Part shown: one piece after another, positions 21,301 to 30,954 of the stretch
Layout: every line of letters begins with the position of its first letter
Numbering within the stretch: the first letter of the stretch is position 1
Source of the DNA: an uncultured Acidobacteriaceae bacterium
GTDB taxonomy: Bacteria; Acidobacteriota; Terriglobia; Terriglobales; Acidobacteriaceae
Assembly: GCA_963849815.1 (NCBI GenBank)
Contig: CAWKIR010000012.1
Coordinates: 41,169-105,168, forward strand
Length of the DNA stretch: 64,000 bases
Direction of reading: 5' to 3'
Notes under the pieces: generated by a model
Seen by the model: the letters and a program-made list of their open reading frames with translations, nothing else
Told to the model about the DNA's origin: nothing
The model's database searches: none
Program-made: the position numbers and the translations under genes

Positions 21301-21852
21301 GTCGTCTACGACCTGCCCGTGGGATGGAAGCAGGGCGACCCGGTTCCGGCAGAGGCTTTGCGCTTCACCTTTCCGCGACAGCGCGAAGGCCGCGGCCTGT
21401 GCATCTCCGATTTCTTTTTGCCGAAGAGCGGCGGCAAGATGGACATGCTCGCCATGTCGTGCGTGACCATCGGCGCGACGGCTTCGCATGAGACGCAGAA
21501 ATTGTTCGAGGGCGGCGAGTACACCAAGTATCTATACTTGCATGGACTCAGTGTGGAGACAGCCGAAGCGCTAGCTGAGCTCTCGCACAAGATCATTCGT
21601 CGGGAGCTTGAGATCGCCGGCGACGACTCGCCGCACATCCGCGACCTGTTTCATCAGAAGTATCGCGGGTCGCGGTATTCGTTTGGCTATCCGGCGTGCC
21701 CCAACCTGGAAGACCAGACCAAGCTGTTCGCGCTCCTGCATCCGGACGAGACCATCGGAGTGAAGCTGACTACCGGCTTCCTGCTGGACCCTGAGCAGAG
21801 CACCTCGGCCATCATCGTGCATCATCCTGCGGCCAAGTACTTCGTGGCGTAG
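18361..21852 (+). CDS. metH: Cobalamin-dependent methionine synthase
   Basis: 1163 aa. N-terminal Hcy-binding domain (..VGGCCGT..), pterin-binding domain, B12-binding motif GDVHDIGKN (DxHxxG) and C-terminal AdoMet-activation domain. Confidence 0.95.
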   Translation: MSDYLKAVQERVVIFDGAMGTNIQLRNPDMDDFRGKEGYNDILVFSRPDLIKDIHAAFFEVGCDVVETNTFNSSPMDMVEYDMLAQVHEINVAAAKIAREVASGYSTNGRKRFVAGSMGPTRKLPSLGHISFDEMAAGYTEQAIGLIEGGVDVLLLETCQDILQAKAGLVGIFDALKKTGKNVPVQVQVTIDVGGTMLLGTEIGAALTTLEMFDAAVIGMNCATGPKEMNDAVRYLGLNSPKPISVLPNAGLPQNVGGHAVYKLEPQELADYHKQFITEYGVRIVGGCCGTRPEHLKAVVETCANLEPARSEIKTVAAAASAYSMVPLDLDPKPLVVAEEMNTTTRVEHFKNMVRAQDYDGILTLAKKLVNEGSHMLDLCCAIVGEDEKAYISNILEKIATRVPAPITVDSTEADVIEEALKRIPGKAIINSINLEDGEKRTSKVLPMAKRYGAAVIALTIDEDGMALTWQKKLAIAKRIFDLAVNKYGIRPCDLIFDALTLPISTGQEDYRTAGIETLKAVKAIKTELPEVKTILGVSNISFGLNVYSRRILNSVFMHEAVDHGLDMAIVNYSKIYPLYKIPEAEVDLARKLIFYDQSNGDPLQVYMNHFAGTKGKEEHTTAHVDTLSVEDKLKWAIINGEKSVGDGANKKSLHEILEEALVNYTPLDLINNILLDGMRTVGDLFGARKMQLPSVLDSAGVMKAAVAYLEPKMEKKEGSQKGTIVLATVKGDVHDIGKNLVDIILTNNGYRVVNLGIKQPSDVIINAALAEKADAIGLSGLLVKSTLEMKYVVQDLHHQKLEFPVICGGAALTRKYVEDDLRREYNGGIFYADDAFAGLHLMEDLSSPNGKREKRIAEGKVVKEFVRPTHTLGGVEGATSPNVEIPAAPDIPQPPFWGVRVLKPKDFDLREVFQYINETALFKNQWQLKTASQEDYGRLVETKYRPILKDLEEEVIAAGWFEPKVVYGYFGAQGDGNDVVVYDLPVGWKQGDPVPAEALRFTFPRQREGRGLCISDFFLPKSGGKMDMLAMSCVTIGATASHETQKLFEGGEYTKYLYLHGLSVETAEALAELSHKIIRRELEIAGDDSPHIRDLFHQKYRGSRYSFGYPACPNLEDQTKLFALLHPDETIGVKLTTGFLLDPEQSTSAIIVHHPAAKYFVA

Positions 21853-21871
21853 ATTCAGACCTGGTCACCAA

Positions 21872-22021
21872 TCAATGCCGTTTGAAATATTGCACCGCGC
21901 GCTCGTGGGCCTCCGCCTTGTCGCGCGTGTCGAAGGTCCCTAGGTTGCGGCGCTTGCCGGTCTTGGGATTTTTCTTACGCGAGTAGAGACGGTATTGTCC
22001 GGACGGTAGTTTGCGAATCAT
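21872..22021 (-). CDS. Small conserved basic protein of unknown function
   Basis: MIRKLPSGQYRLYSRKKNPKTGKRRNLGTFDTRDKAEAHERAVQYFKRH resembles, from memory, a widely distributed ~50-aa bacterial family. An alternative GTG start exists at 22060. Confidence 0.55.
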   Translation of the reverse strand: MIRKLPSGQYRLYSRKKNPKTGKRRNLGTFDTRDKAEAHERAVQYFKRH

Positions 22022-22077
22022 GCCGAATTGGATGAGGGAAGAGTCAGGATGGCTTCCCACGATTGTTTGATCGAAGA

Positions 22078-22134
22078 GAAAATAACAAGGGGAGCGTTTC
22101 CGCTCCCCTTCGTTGTTCCGGGGCTAAAGCCCCG
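22078..22134 (-). terminator. Tandem hairpins downstream of clpC; the second is followed by a U-tract
   Basis: On the minus strand the sequence reads cggggctttagccccg, then ggggagcggaaacgctcccc followed by ttgttatttt. Confidence 0.6.
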
Positions 22135-22179
22135 ATTGCTTATTGACTTTGACGAGCGCTGAAGCGCCGCTCTACCCGC

Positions 22180-24627
22180 CTAGCTGCTGTACAGCAGCAC
22201 GCCTTCAGTTTTCTCTTCGCCGACGGGGCGGTAGAAGAGTTGGTCGTTGTCGAGGTAGACCTCGATGAAGGCCGGCCGTTGGGCGAAGGTGCCCTGGATG
22301 AGCGCCTCCGACAACGGGTCCTCAATGTACTTCTGCAATGCGCGGCGCAGCGGACGGGCGCCATAGGTGCGATCGACGACCGTTTTGTCGAGGATCCACT
22401 TGCGCGCTTCTTCGGTCACTGTGACCGTGATGGAGCGCTGGGCCAGGTTGGTATTCAGATGCTGCACCATCAATTCCACGATCTGGATCAGATCGACTTC
22501 GGTCAGGGCGTTGAAGATGATGACCTCGTCGAGGCGGTTGAGGAATTCGGGATTGAAGGTGCGCTTCACTTCGTTGCGCACCATGTCCTCGACCTTGGAA
22601 GAGGTGTTCTCGTCCAACTCAGACTGGAAGCCGAGACCGGTGCGCTTCTGCAAGTGCCGCGCGCCGATGTTCGAGGTCATGATGATGATGGCGTTCTTGA
22701 AGTCCACCGTGTTGCCCAGCCCGTCGGTGAGCTGGCCGTCTTCGAATACCTGCAACAGGATGTTGAAGAGATCGGGGTGGGCCTTTTCCACTTCGTCGAG
22801 CAGCACGACGGAGTAGGGTGCGCGCTTGACCCGCTCGGTGAGCTGGCCGCCTTCTTCATAGCCGACATATCCCGGAGGCGAGCCGATCAGTTTGGAGACG
22901 GAGTGCTTCTCCATGAACTCAGACATGTCGAAGCGCACGAGCGATTTCTCGCTGCCGAACATGAATTGGGCCAGGGTGCGCGCGACTTCGGTCTTGCCTA
23001 CGCCGGTGGGGCCCAGGAACAGGAACGAGCCGATAGGCCGATTCGGACTCTTCAGTCCAGCACGCGAGCGGCGAATGGCGCGGGCCAGCGCCGAAATAGC
23101 GCGTTCCTGCGAGATCACTCGCCGGTGCAGCTCTTCTTCAATGCGCAGCAGCTTCTGGCTTTCCTCTTCTTTTATAGAAGCGATGGGGACGCCGGTCCAG
23201 CGCGAGACTACGTCTTCGATGTCTTCGCGGCCGACGACGCCAGTCGAGGACTCATCGAGATGATATTTTTCACGCAGAGCGCGCAGGTTCTCGCGCTCTT
23301 TGCGCTCCTCATCGGAGTAGAAGCGGGCCTTTTCGAACTCGTGGTTCGCGATGGCGTTTTCCATGCGATGCACGATGAACTTGATCCGCTTCTGCACCTC
23401 GGTGATGTCCTCGGGCAGGGAAGTCTGGCGAAGCTTAACACGGGCGCCGGCTTCGTCAACCAGATCGATGGCCTTGTCGGGCAGGAAGCGATCAGGCAAA
23501 TAGCGATTGGAGTGCGATACGGAGAACGTGATGGCTTCGTCAGTGTAGGTGACGGCGTGAAACTTCTCGTAGCGCTCCTTGATACCGAACAGAATCTTGA
23601 CCGCATCGGCTTCGTTGGGCGGCGGAACTTTCACGGCCTGGAAGCGGCGCTCCAGCGAGCGATCTTTCTCGATCGACTTGCGATACTCGCCTGGCGTGGT
23701 AGCGCCGATGCATTGAATTTCGCCGCGCGAAAGCGCCGGCTTCAGGATGTTGGCGGCGTCGAGCGAGCCTTCCGCCGATCCCGCGCCAACCAGGGTGTGT
23801 AGCTCGTCAATAAAGATGATGGAGTTTTGCGACTCCATCAGTTCTTTCATGATGGTCTTGAGGCGCTCTTCAAACTGGCCGCGATACTTAGTGCCGGCAA
23901 CGATGAGGGAAAGGTCGAGCGCAAGGATGCGCTTGTCGGCCAGGAACGATGGCACTTCACCGTCGGCAATGCGTTGGGCCAGACCCTCGACGATGGCAGT
24001 CTTACCGACGCCAGGCTCGCCGATCAGCACTGGATTGTTCTTGGTACGGCGGCACAGGATCTGGACGACGCGCTCGAGCTCGCCATCGCGACCGACCAGG
24101 GGATCGAGCTGGGTGTCCATCGCGGCCTGAGTGAGATCGCGGGAGAACTCAGACAGCAGCGACGACTCGCGCGAACGCTGCGAAGGCTGGGCCTTCTCCT
24201 GCGAGGTGCGGGCCAACTCCTCGCGAATGGAAGAGAGACGCAATCCGCGCTCGTGCAGAATTTCAGCCGCGAAGCATTTCTCTTCGCGCAACAGGCCCAA
24301 CAGCAGGTGCTCGGTACCGATGTGCTTGTGCGACAGGCGTTCGGCTTCCTCCGCGGCGTAGGCCAGCACCCGCTTGCACTCGTTGCTGAGGGGCAGGTCC
24401 ACGGAAGTGGAAACCTTCTCCCGAATGGTAGTGTGGCCCTCGATCTGTTTCCGGATCGACTCAACTGAGGCGTGGGACCGAAGGAACCGATTGGTAAGCG
24501 CTTTGTCCTCGCGCAGAAGACCAAGCAGCAGGTGCTCCGTTTCGATGTAAGGAGAACCGAACTGACTGGCTTCGTAACGAGCGAAGAAGATTACGCGCCG
24601 GGCCTTTTCCGTGTACCGTTCAAACAT
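22180..24627 (-). CDS. clpC: ATP-dependent Clp protease ATP-binding subunit (ClpC type)
   Basis: [15 protein letters not shown].. Clp_N repeats. Walker A motifs GEPGVGKT and [11 protein letters not shown]-like middle segment and an LGF ClpP-docking tripeptide. GGAGAGG lies upstream of ATG 24627. Confidence 0.9.
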   Translation of the reverse strand: MFERYTEKARRVIFFARYEASQFGSPYIETEHLLLGLLREDKALTNRFLRSHASVESIRKQIEGHTTIREKVSTSVDLPLSNECKRVLAYAAEEAERLSHKHIGTEHLLLGLLREEKCFAAEILHERGLRLSSIREELARTSQEKAQPSQRSRESSLLSEFSRDLTQAAMDTQLDPLVGRDGELERVVQILCRRTKNNPVLIGEPGVGKTAIVEGLAQRIADGEVPSFLADKRILALDLSLIVAGTKYRGQFEERLKTIMKELMESQNSIIFIDELHTLVGAGSAEGSLDAANILKPALSRGEIQCIGATTPGEYRKSIEKDRSLERRFQAVKVPPPNEADAVKILFGIKERYEKFHAVTYTDEAITFSVSHSNRYLPDRFLPDKAIDLVDEAGARVKLRQTSLPEDITEVQKRIKFIVHRMENAIANHEFEKARFYSDEERKERENLRALREKYHLDESSTGVVGREDIEDVVSRWTGVPIASIKEEESQKLLRIEEELHRRVISQERAISALARAIRRSRAGLKSPNRPIGSFLFLGPTGVGKTEVARTLAQFMFGSEKSLVRFDMSEFMEKHSVSKLIGSPPGYVGYEEGGQLTERVKRAPYSVVLLDEVEKAHPDLFNILLQVFEDGQLTDGLGNTVDFKNAIIIMTSNIGARHLQKRTGLGFQSELDENTSSKVEDMVRNEVKRTFNPEFLNRLDEVIIFNALTEVDLIQIVELMVQHLNTNLAQRSITVTVTEEARKWILDKTVVDRTYGARPLRRALQKYIEDPLSEALIQGTFAQRPAFIEVYLDNDQLFYRPVGEEKTEGVLLYSS

Positions 24628-24734
24628 GAACCTCTCCAAGAGCGCGACGGGAATTGTTTCTCCTGCCGAACTCCGTTACCTGACTCGTCGTGGCCGCCGG
24701 CCCCGGATAAAGCTGGGACCGAAATTCGAAAATG

Positions 24735-24819
24735 TGCCGCCCCTAAGGGGCTCTCGTCAATAATGCAGCTTACCCAGCGCTTACGCGCTGGGCTGATATT
24801 GTTCCGCCCTGCGGGCTGG
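24735..24819. repeat. Dispersed intergenic element, copy A (same family as 35541-36130)
   Basis: tgccgcccctaagggg..cttacccagcgcttacgcgctgggctgatattgttccgccctgcgggctgg aligns with the copies at 35.6-36.1 kb. Confidence 0.7.
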
Positions 24820-24927
24820 CTCCACTGCAAACCAACATCCTGCCAATGACCAATTCGCTGTGTCTTCCACGCATCCGCGATTAAGACCATCACTATTACA
24901 AACCCGAAGCTTCTTCCAACGTTTCCG

Positions 24928-25662
24928 TCACGCCGACAACGCCTGCGGAGACACTTCGACTACCCGACCCTGCTGCAAACGCAGTACGCGGTCGCACTGA
25001 CGCGCAAACCCAAGATTGTGAGTAACGATGAGCGAGGTCAGACGATAGTCGCGATGTAGCCTGGCAATCAAATTAAGAACCGTTTCCGCTGTCCGGTTGT
25101 CGAGGTCACCTGTCGGCTCGTCGGCCATCAGGACCCTCGGCCTGGTAATCAAAGCGCGCGCCAACGCTACCCGCTGCTGCTCGCCACCAGACAACTCGCC
25201 GGACCGATGAGTGGCACGGTCCTGTAAACCAACCTCCTGCAGCCATTGCAGGGCTTGCTGCTCCGCCTCGCGCTTGCTGGTGCCCCGCATTAGCAAGGGC
25301 ATGGCCACATTTTCCAGCGCGGTAAATTCGGGCAGCAGGTAATGAAACTGCCAGACGAAACCAAGCTCCCGGCCGCGGAATTCTGCTGCATCATCCTCGG
25401 AGAGGCTCCCCAACTGAACTTGGGCGAAGTATACGTCACCTTCGGAAGCACGATCAAGCGCTCCGAGTATATGAAGGAGGGTGCTTTTCCCGGTACCTGA
25501 CTCGCCGACAATAGCCAGCATCTCCCCGGTCTGTACCTGCAACGACAAATTCTCAAAGAGCACTAAATCCGAATTGCCAGAGCGAAAAACCTTCTTGAGA
25601 TTCTCCGCACGCAATAAGCCGTCTTTTACAGTTTGATGCAGCGGCGCTCCAGAGCGACACAA
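24928..25662 (-). CDS. lolD: Lipoprotein-releasing ABC transporter ATP-binding protein
   Basis: Walker A GESGTGKST, signature LSGGEQQRVALARAL and Walker B LMADEPTGDLD. MacB/LolD-type. The exact start is uncertain. Confidence 0.8.
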   Translation of the reverse strand: MCRSGAPLHQTVKDGLLRAENLKKVFRSGNSDLVLFENLSLQVQTGEMLAIVGESGTGKSTLLHILGALDRASEGDVYFAQVQLGSLSEDDAAEFRGRELGFVWQFHYLLPEFTALENVAMPLLMRGTSKREAEQQALQWLQEVGLQDRATHRSGELSGGEQQRVALARALITRPRVLMADEPTGDLDNRTAETVLNLIARLHRDYRLTSLIVTHNLGFARQCDRVLRLQQGRVVEVSPQALSA

Positions 25663-25829
25663 ATTCCGGCCAAACCGTTGGAACTGCGCCCATTCTGGGA
25701 CGAAGGGCCAGCGATTGACCTAATAAGAATTAGATCATGTATGGAGCGGGAAGTCAGCGACTTTGCGACGGAAGGGGCAGGGAAAAGCACGGCATGTTCA
25801 ATTTTCTGCAACTGCGGGGCGGGAGGTCA

Positions 25830-28469
25830 TTATCTGGAGTTATCGATGAGGAGTGTCTTGCCGCGTTCCTCAGCACGTTGCTGATCTGTCAAGCGTCCTT
25901 CGCGCTGGTAGAGCTTCGCTAGATGAGACCAGGCATCGGCGGCTGCAGGATCGATCTGGACTGCGTGCTCTTCGAAGGCAGTAGCTTGTTTAAGGTCGCC
26001 CAAGGCCATCCACGCAGCGGCGCGTGTCTGCGCAAGATCGAAGCTGAAGCTGCGTCCAGGGGTCGCAGCCAGCAGCTCCGGCGGCGCGGTGTTGACTGCT
26101 GCATCGAGGGCCAGCAATGCGTCCCTGGGTTGCCGGACTTTGAGGTAGAGCTGGGCGAGCGCGACCAGTTGCTGTGATTTCACCGCTGAATCCGATGTAA
26201 GGCGAATTGACTGCTGCATGGCGTGAACGGCCTGAGGCAAGCGTCCGTCTGTCTGGTACAAATCCGCGAGCGATAGCCAGAGGAGACGGTCGCCGGGTGC
26301 AAGGGAAAGAGCTGCCAGCCACTCCTGCTCGGCCGCAGACGATTGTCCAGAGGCAAGATCGAGGGCTGCCAGATTTGCCATGGCCTGTACTTTGGTGGAC
26401 GGATCGGACGACAGCCGGATGACGGCTTGCAGGGCCTGAATGGCCTCCGGTAGGCGCGCCTGTCGATGATAGAGTTCTGCCAGCGAAGACCAGACGGAAG
26501 CCTGGAGATTGGAGAGCGAGGCCCAGGGCGTAGTCTCGCGAGGGGCAAGAGCAAGCGCCCTCTGCCATTCCTGTTCGGCTTCGGAATCGCGCTGCGCGGC
26601 ATACAGAATCTGGCCCCGATACCAGCGCGCGTGAGCGTTGTCAGGAAAGATCGACATTGCTTTGTCGGCGGCGGCCAGGGCTTCGGAGTTGCGTCCCAAT
26701 GCGGAGAGCACCCGCGCCGCGTTGACCCACTGGTCGAAGGAAGCCGCGGTGAGCGGCGGTAGCCCAGGTGGCAGTGGCGCAGTGGCGCAGTCGACTTCGA
26801 AGCGCTTGATAAAGGCTGCGTTCTGTGGGGTACGCCGAACCAGAACGACGGAGACCTCATCGAGGAAAACCGGCCGCCATTGCTGGCTGTTGCAGTCCGC
26901 TTTGAGGCGCTCCAACGGGATTTCATCCAGCGTGAGTGGGAAGATGATTGTGTTGATGCCGTAGCGGTCCGCTTCCTGTTGCCAGATCGCGGAATCGAGT
27001 GATGCGGTGAGCAATTCACCACCATGCTGGGCAAGTGCGGAACCGAAGGGGACCTCGCGGCCGTCAATGTAGTCGCGGCGTTGCGGCCCCAGCGTCCAGA
27101 GAACGTATCCGCCTTCGTTGTAGGTGTTGAAAACCTCACCTGGAAGGCCCTGGTTCTGAATGAAGGCAGTAGCGGTCCGCGGGAACCACCCGGACAATCC
27201 GGGGCCGAAGGTCGAAAGATTCCGCTCGGCAAGGTAGTGATAGTTGGATATCAGATCGGCGGATCGAACAATGGCGAGCACTGCAAAAATCGCAATCGCA
27301 GCGGTGGCCAGGATCGAACGCGTTCGGGGATCAGGGATGCGCGAGCGGATCCAGGGCATTGCCGAAAACAGCACGGAGCCGGCTACGACCACCACGACGC
27401 AGCTCGCCAGTCCGATCATTCGAACATGGCGACTCGCTTCGAAGGCGGCTCCGAAGAGCAGGATTGCCGCTCCTGCGCGGCGTTGTAGCACGGCCGCGAT
27501 CACAGCCAGAACCACAATCAAGAGCAGCACATGAAAGATGTCGCTTGTGTTCCGGGGGGAGATACTTGTCAGGGGACTGGTCCAGTTCCACCGCAAGCCG
27601 GCCCACTCGTTGATGTACAGCGTGTTCACCCTTCTGGTGAACTGGAGGACTGCCGGATAGAATCTCCATCCCCAGGGATTGATGATTGTAACGGCGGCGG
27701 TGGCCAGGAACCATGGAATCTCCCGCTTCAGCCGCTGCAACACCTGGCTGTCACCGGAAAAGGGCAACTCCAATAGCTCCAGTCCGGCGAAGGCCACCAA
27801 CAGCCCTAAGCCGGAAAGGAAGCTCAAGTGAACATTCACCCAGACAACCATCAGCACAGGCAGTAACCAGAGCGGAGCACGGCCAGTCTGGTAATTCTGC
27901 CAAAGCAACGACAGATATGCGGCGAAGAGAACGATCGCAAAGAGCTCGGCCCTTGGCGTGGTGCGGAAGGCGATGAAGGGCACGGCAACGATAGCGACCG
28001 CCGCTGTCACAACAGAGCCGCGGCGGAGCAACAACGCTACGGTTGCCGCAGTGGCTGACGCGCTCAGCCATGAAAGCAGGGAAAAGCCCCCGAGCAAGTA
28101 AATGCCATAAAGGATCAGTCCGCCGCCGGCGGGATATATCGCGGGGGCCCCGGGGACAGTGTAGGAAAAGACATCGGTCGAAAAGACATGATGATGTTGC
28201 GCTACCCAGCGGCCGGTCGCCAGGTGCCAGCCGAAGTCGGGGTCACCCACCGTGGCCAGGCCGGCCAGGAACGCATACACCAGAGCGATGGCGCCAAGCA
28301 CCAGGAACAAGCGTCGCTCGATCCTGGATCGATTCCCGGGCAAATCGTTTGCTGGCGACAGATTGGCTGAGGGAATGGGCGGCTTTAGCCAAGTCAGCAT
28401 TCGTCCATCCAGTTTCCAGTACTTTACAGAATGCCCACCGAGACTTCCACTCCTGAAGCATTCAGGCAC
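25830..28469 (-). CDS. Large polytopic membrane protein with C-terminal TPR repeats (GT-C-like N-terminal domain?)
   Basis: The first ~480 aa contain many TM helices (GDPDFGWHLATGRW.. loop). The C-terminal ~300 aa are Ala/Leu-rich TPR units (..AEQEWQRALALAP.., ..AEQEWLAALSLAP..). An alternative start exists at 28400. Confidence 0.7.
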   Translation of the reverse strand: MPECFRSGSLGGHSVKYWKLDGRMLTWLKPPIPSANLSPANDLPGNRSRIERRLFLVLGAIALVYAFLAGLATVGDPDFGWHLATGRWVAQHHHVFSTDVFSYTVPGAPAIYPAGGGLILYGIYLLGGFSLLSWLSASATAATVALLLRRGSVVTAAVAIVAVPFIAFRTTPRAELFAIVLFAAYLSLLWQNYQTGRAPLWLLPVLMVVWVNVHLSFLSGLGLLVAFAGLELLELPFSGDSQVLQRLKREIPWFLATAAVTIINPWGWRFYPAVLQFTRRVNTLYINEWAGLRWNWTSPLTSISPRNTSDIFHVLLLIVVLAVIAAVLQRRAGAAILLFGAAFEASRHVRMIGLASCVVVVVAGSVLFSAMPWIRSRIPDPRTRSILATAAIAIFAVLAIVRSADLISNYHYLAERNLSTFGPGLSGWFPRTATAFIQNQGLPGEVFNTYNEGGYVLWTLGPQRRDYIDGREVPFGSALAQHGGELLTASLDSAIWQQEADRYGINTIIFPLTLDEIPLERLKADCNSQQWRPVFLDEVSVVLVRRTPQNAAFIKRFEVDCATAPLPPGLPPLTAASFDQWVNAARVLSALGRNSEALAAADKAMSIFPDNAHARWYRGQILYAAQRDSEAEQEWQRALALAPRETTPWASLSNLQASVWSSLAELYHRQARLPEAIQALQAVIRLSSDPSTKVQAMANLAALDLASGQSSAAEQEWLAALSLAPGDRLLWLSLADLYQTDGRLPQAVHAMQQSIRLTSDSAVKSQQLVALAQLYLKVRQPRDALLALDAAVNTAPPELLAATPGRSFSFDLAQTRAAAWMALGDLKQATAFEEHAVQIDPAAADAWSHLAKLYQREGRLTDQQRAEERGKTLLIDNSR

Positions 28470-28701
28470 GTGGAACTTAGCTGATTCCTGCCCGTTGGAT
28501 CGTCAGAAACGGCGAGCTTACGATACCACAGCATCGATTTCTTTCTTGTTCTGCCGGCGTCCGGTGAGTATGCCGCCGAAGGCAGCCCGGTCCGCAAACT
28601 TAAGAAGATGCGGGCCGGAAATGCAGGCGGAAGTTCCGCACAGCGGGATGACAGTTCGTATTCTTAGCAGGCCCCGATGCTGGTGCGGGACTGCTAATCC
28701 T

Positions 28702-30783
28702 TTACCAGATGCGGACGCGGTCAGCGGGCGCGAGGTACAGCGTCTGACCGGGTTGAACGTCGAAGGCTGTGTACCAGGCATCGATGTTGCGAACTGTATC
28801 GGCACGGAACTGCGACGGAGAGTGCGGATCGACCATTACCTGCTGGCGCAGCGCGGCATCGCGTGTCTTCCCCGCATAGTCCTGGCCAAAGGCGATGAAG
28901 AACTGCTGATCGCCGGTGAATCCGTCCTGGGTGGGAGCGATCTTGCCGGCGAGCGAGGCGTGATAGCCGTCCAAAGAGGCTGCCAGGCCGGAGACGTCGG
29001 CGATGTTTTCGGCCAGCGTCTGCTTGCCATTCACATGCAGATCGGGGAACGGCATGTAGGTATCGTACTGGGCGGCAAGCTTCGCGGTGGCTGCCTCAAA
29101 GTGCGCGAGATCGGCAGGCGTCCACCAGTTGCGCACCTGTCCTTTAGCGTCGAAGGCGCTGCCTTCAGTATCGAAGGTGTGGCTGACTTCATGGCCGATG
29201 ACTGTCCCAATCGCGCCATAATTGGCGGCGGCGGGCGCTTTGGGATCGAAGAAAGGGGGCTGAAGAATTGCGGCCGGGAAGTTAAGGGCATTCTGCAAGG
29301 GGAGATTCACGGCGTTGACGGTCTGCGGCGTCATCGACCATTCGTGGCGATCGACCGGCTTGCCGAGCCGCGCCACCTGACGGCGGTATTGGAACAAGTT
29401 ACCGCGCCAGACATTGCCAAAGATGTCGTCAGCTTTCACTTCGTAGGCTGAATAGTCAAGCCACTTCTCCGGATAGCCAATGCCGACGTACAGAGTGTCG
29501 AGCTTTGCCTGAGCTTCGGCCTTGGTCGTGGGATCCATCCACGAAAGCGCTGCGATGCGTTTGTGGTAGACAGCGATGATATTGGCGACCATGGCTTCCG
29601 CCTGGGCCTTGGCTTCCGGCGGGAAGTAACGCTGGGCGTAGATCTGCCCCACATCGTCACCGAGATAGCGATTGACGACAACTACGCCGCGCTGCCACCG
29701 CGGACGCTGCTGGGTTGTGCCCTGGAGGACGCCGCTGACGAAAGCGAAACGCTCGTCAGAGATCGCCTTGCTGAGATAGGGCGCGGTTTCTTCGATGGTG
29801 TGATATGCGAGCCAGTCCTTCCAGGTTTCCAGCGGAGTCGATTCCACCAGGGCGGACTCACCGGCGAAGGCGGTGGGCTGCCAGACGATGAAGCTGGTTT
29901 GCTTGCTGAGGCCGGCGCCGCGGAAGTACTCCGCCCAATCCAGGCCGGGAGCGTTGGCTGAGAAATCGGATTGCTTCCAGGTGTTGTTGGCCTTGTGGAT
30001 GTCGTCGTTGTCAGACAGGCTGAGATGCTTTTCCGCGATGGCATGTTCCAAGGCGACGATGCGCTCAGCGCGAGCGTCGGTGTCGGTGAAACCGGCGAGC
30101 TTGAGCATTGCGGAGGCGTGCGCCTGATACTTGGTGCGAACCTCTTTCATGTGCTCGTTATCGGCAAGGTAGTATTCGCGATCGGGGAGTTGCACTCCGC
30201 CCTGCATCAGATAGGGTGCGTAATGATCGGAGTCGTTGAAGCCCGGAGCGACCCACAATCCAAACAAGTGCGCGGTGTGGAAGTTGGTGTTGTTTAGCGC
30301 GTCGACATCGGCACGCAGGGTTTCACCTAGCGCGAAGGCAAGCTCTTTCTTGTTGCTGATGGCGGCGATGGCCTTGAGATGCGGCGCGAGCGGCGATAGG
30401 CCTTTGGCGTCGATGGCCGCCTCGTCCATATAGGAGTTGTAGAGGTCGGCGATCTTGCGCTGGCTGGAACCGGACGGATCGCTGCTCTTGGCGGCCTCTT
30501 CAATCAAGGCTGCGGTGCGCTTGTCGCTCAGGTCGGCGAGATTGTTAAAGACACCGATGCGGGAGCGATCGGGCGGGAGCTCGGTGCGCTTGATCCAATC
30601 ACCGTTGCAGTAGAGATAGAAGTTATCGCCCGGCTTCACCGCGGTGTCCATGTTGGCGGGGTTGATGCCGTGGGTTTCCTGCTTAGGCGCGTCCTGGGCC
30701 TGGGCTGGAAGCATGGTGAGAGCGAAGACGCAAATGGCAGCACACTTCAGAAGTGAATACAGGGGCTGAGTTAGAAATGTCAT
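28702..30783 (-). CDS. M13 family zinc metallopeptidase (PepO/neprilysin-like), secreted
   Basis: HEVSHTFD (HExxH), ENIADVSGL (ExxxD) and NAVNLPLQNALNFPAAILQPPFF. Signal peptide from ATG 30783. Confidence 0.9.
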   Translation of the reverse strand: MTFLTQPLYSLLKCAAICVFALTMLPAQAQDAPKQETHGINPANMDTAVKPGDNFYLYCNGDWIKRTELPPDRSRIGVFNNLADLSDKRTAALIEEAAKSSDPSGSSQRKIADLYNSYMDEAAIDAKGLSPLAPHLKAIAAISNKKELAFALGETLRADVDALNNTNFHTAHLFGLWVAPGFNDSDHYAPYLMQGGVQLPDREYYLADNEHMKEVRTKYQAHASAMLKLAGFTDTDARAERIVALEHAIAEKHLSLSDNDDIHKANNTWKQSDFSANAPGLDWAEYFRGAGLSKQTSFIVWQPTAFAGESALVESTPLETWKDWLAYHTIEETAPYLSKAISDERFAFVSGVLQGTTQQRPRWQRGVVVVNRYLGDDVGQIYAQRYFPPEAKAQAEAMVANIIAVYHKRIAALSWMDPTTKAEAQAKLDTLYVGIGYPEKWLDYSAYEVKADDIFGNVWRGNLFQYRRQVARLGKPVDRHEWSMTPQTVNAVNLPLQNALNFPAAILQPPFFDPKAPAAANYGAIGTVIGHEVSHTFDTEGSAFDAKGQVRNWWTPADLAHFEAATAKLAAQYDTYMPFPDLHVNGKQTLAENIADVSGLAASLDGYHASLAGKIAPTQDGFTGDQQFFIAFGQDYAGKTRDAALRQQVMVDPHSPSQFRADTVRNIDAWYTAFDVQPGQTLYLAPADRVRIW

Positions 30784-30856
30784 GATAGCTCCAAAGGCAG
30801 GTGCAAAGCGGGCACAAGTAATGTAGACGAAATGCAAAGAAAAAGGGTAACACGAC

Positions 30857-30909
30857 GAAGGGTGGGATGCAGCGAAGGGTGGGATGAAGTGCAGAAGTGG
30901 GTGGAATGG
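30857..30909. repeat. Three degenerate tandem copies of a ~17-nt unit (gaagggtgggatg core)
   Basis: gaagggtgggatg occurs at 30857 and 30874, and the related gaagtgggtggaatgg at 30894. The site is intergenic, upstream of the M13 peptidase gene. Confidence 0.75.
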
Positions 30910-30954
30910 GAGACGATGCTTCGACGCCGACTAGAAGGTCGGCGCGATCCCTTC

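Noticed and set aside
19864-21489. 541-aa ORF antisense to metH
   Set aside because: It lies entirely inside a confidently identified gene on the other strand. The sequence is Arg/Leu/His/Gln-rich with no motifs, which is typical of stop-poor antisense frames in high-GC DNA.
22240-23802. 520-aa ORF antisense to clpC (plus several shorter ones from 22367 to 24849)
   Set aside because: Same reasoning: these are mirror frames of a strongly supported AAA+ gene, with low-complexity Arg/Ala/Gly-rich translations.
26180-27232. 350-aa alternative-frame ORF on the same strand inside the TPR membrane protein gene
   Set aside because: The translation is Arg/Pro/Ser-rich and low-complexity, whereas the annotated frame gives TM helices and TPR repeats.
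28252-29451. 399-aa plus-strand ORF overlapping the M13 peptidase gene and the start of the TPR protein gene
   Set aside because: It is antisense to two well-supported genes, with no recognisable domain and biased composition.
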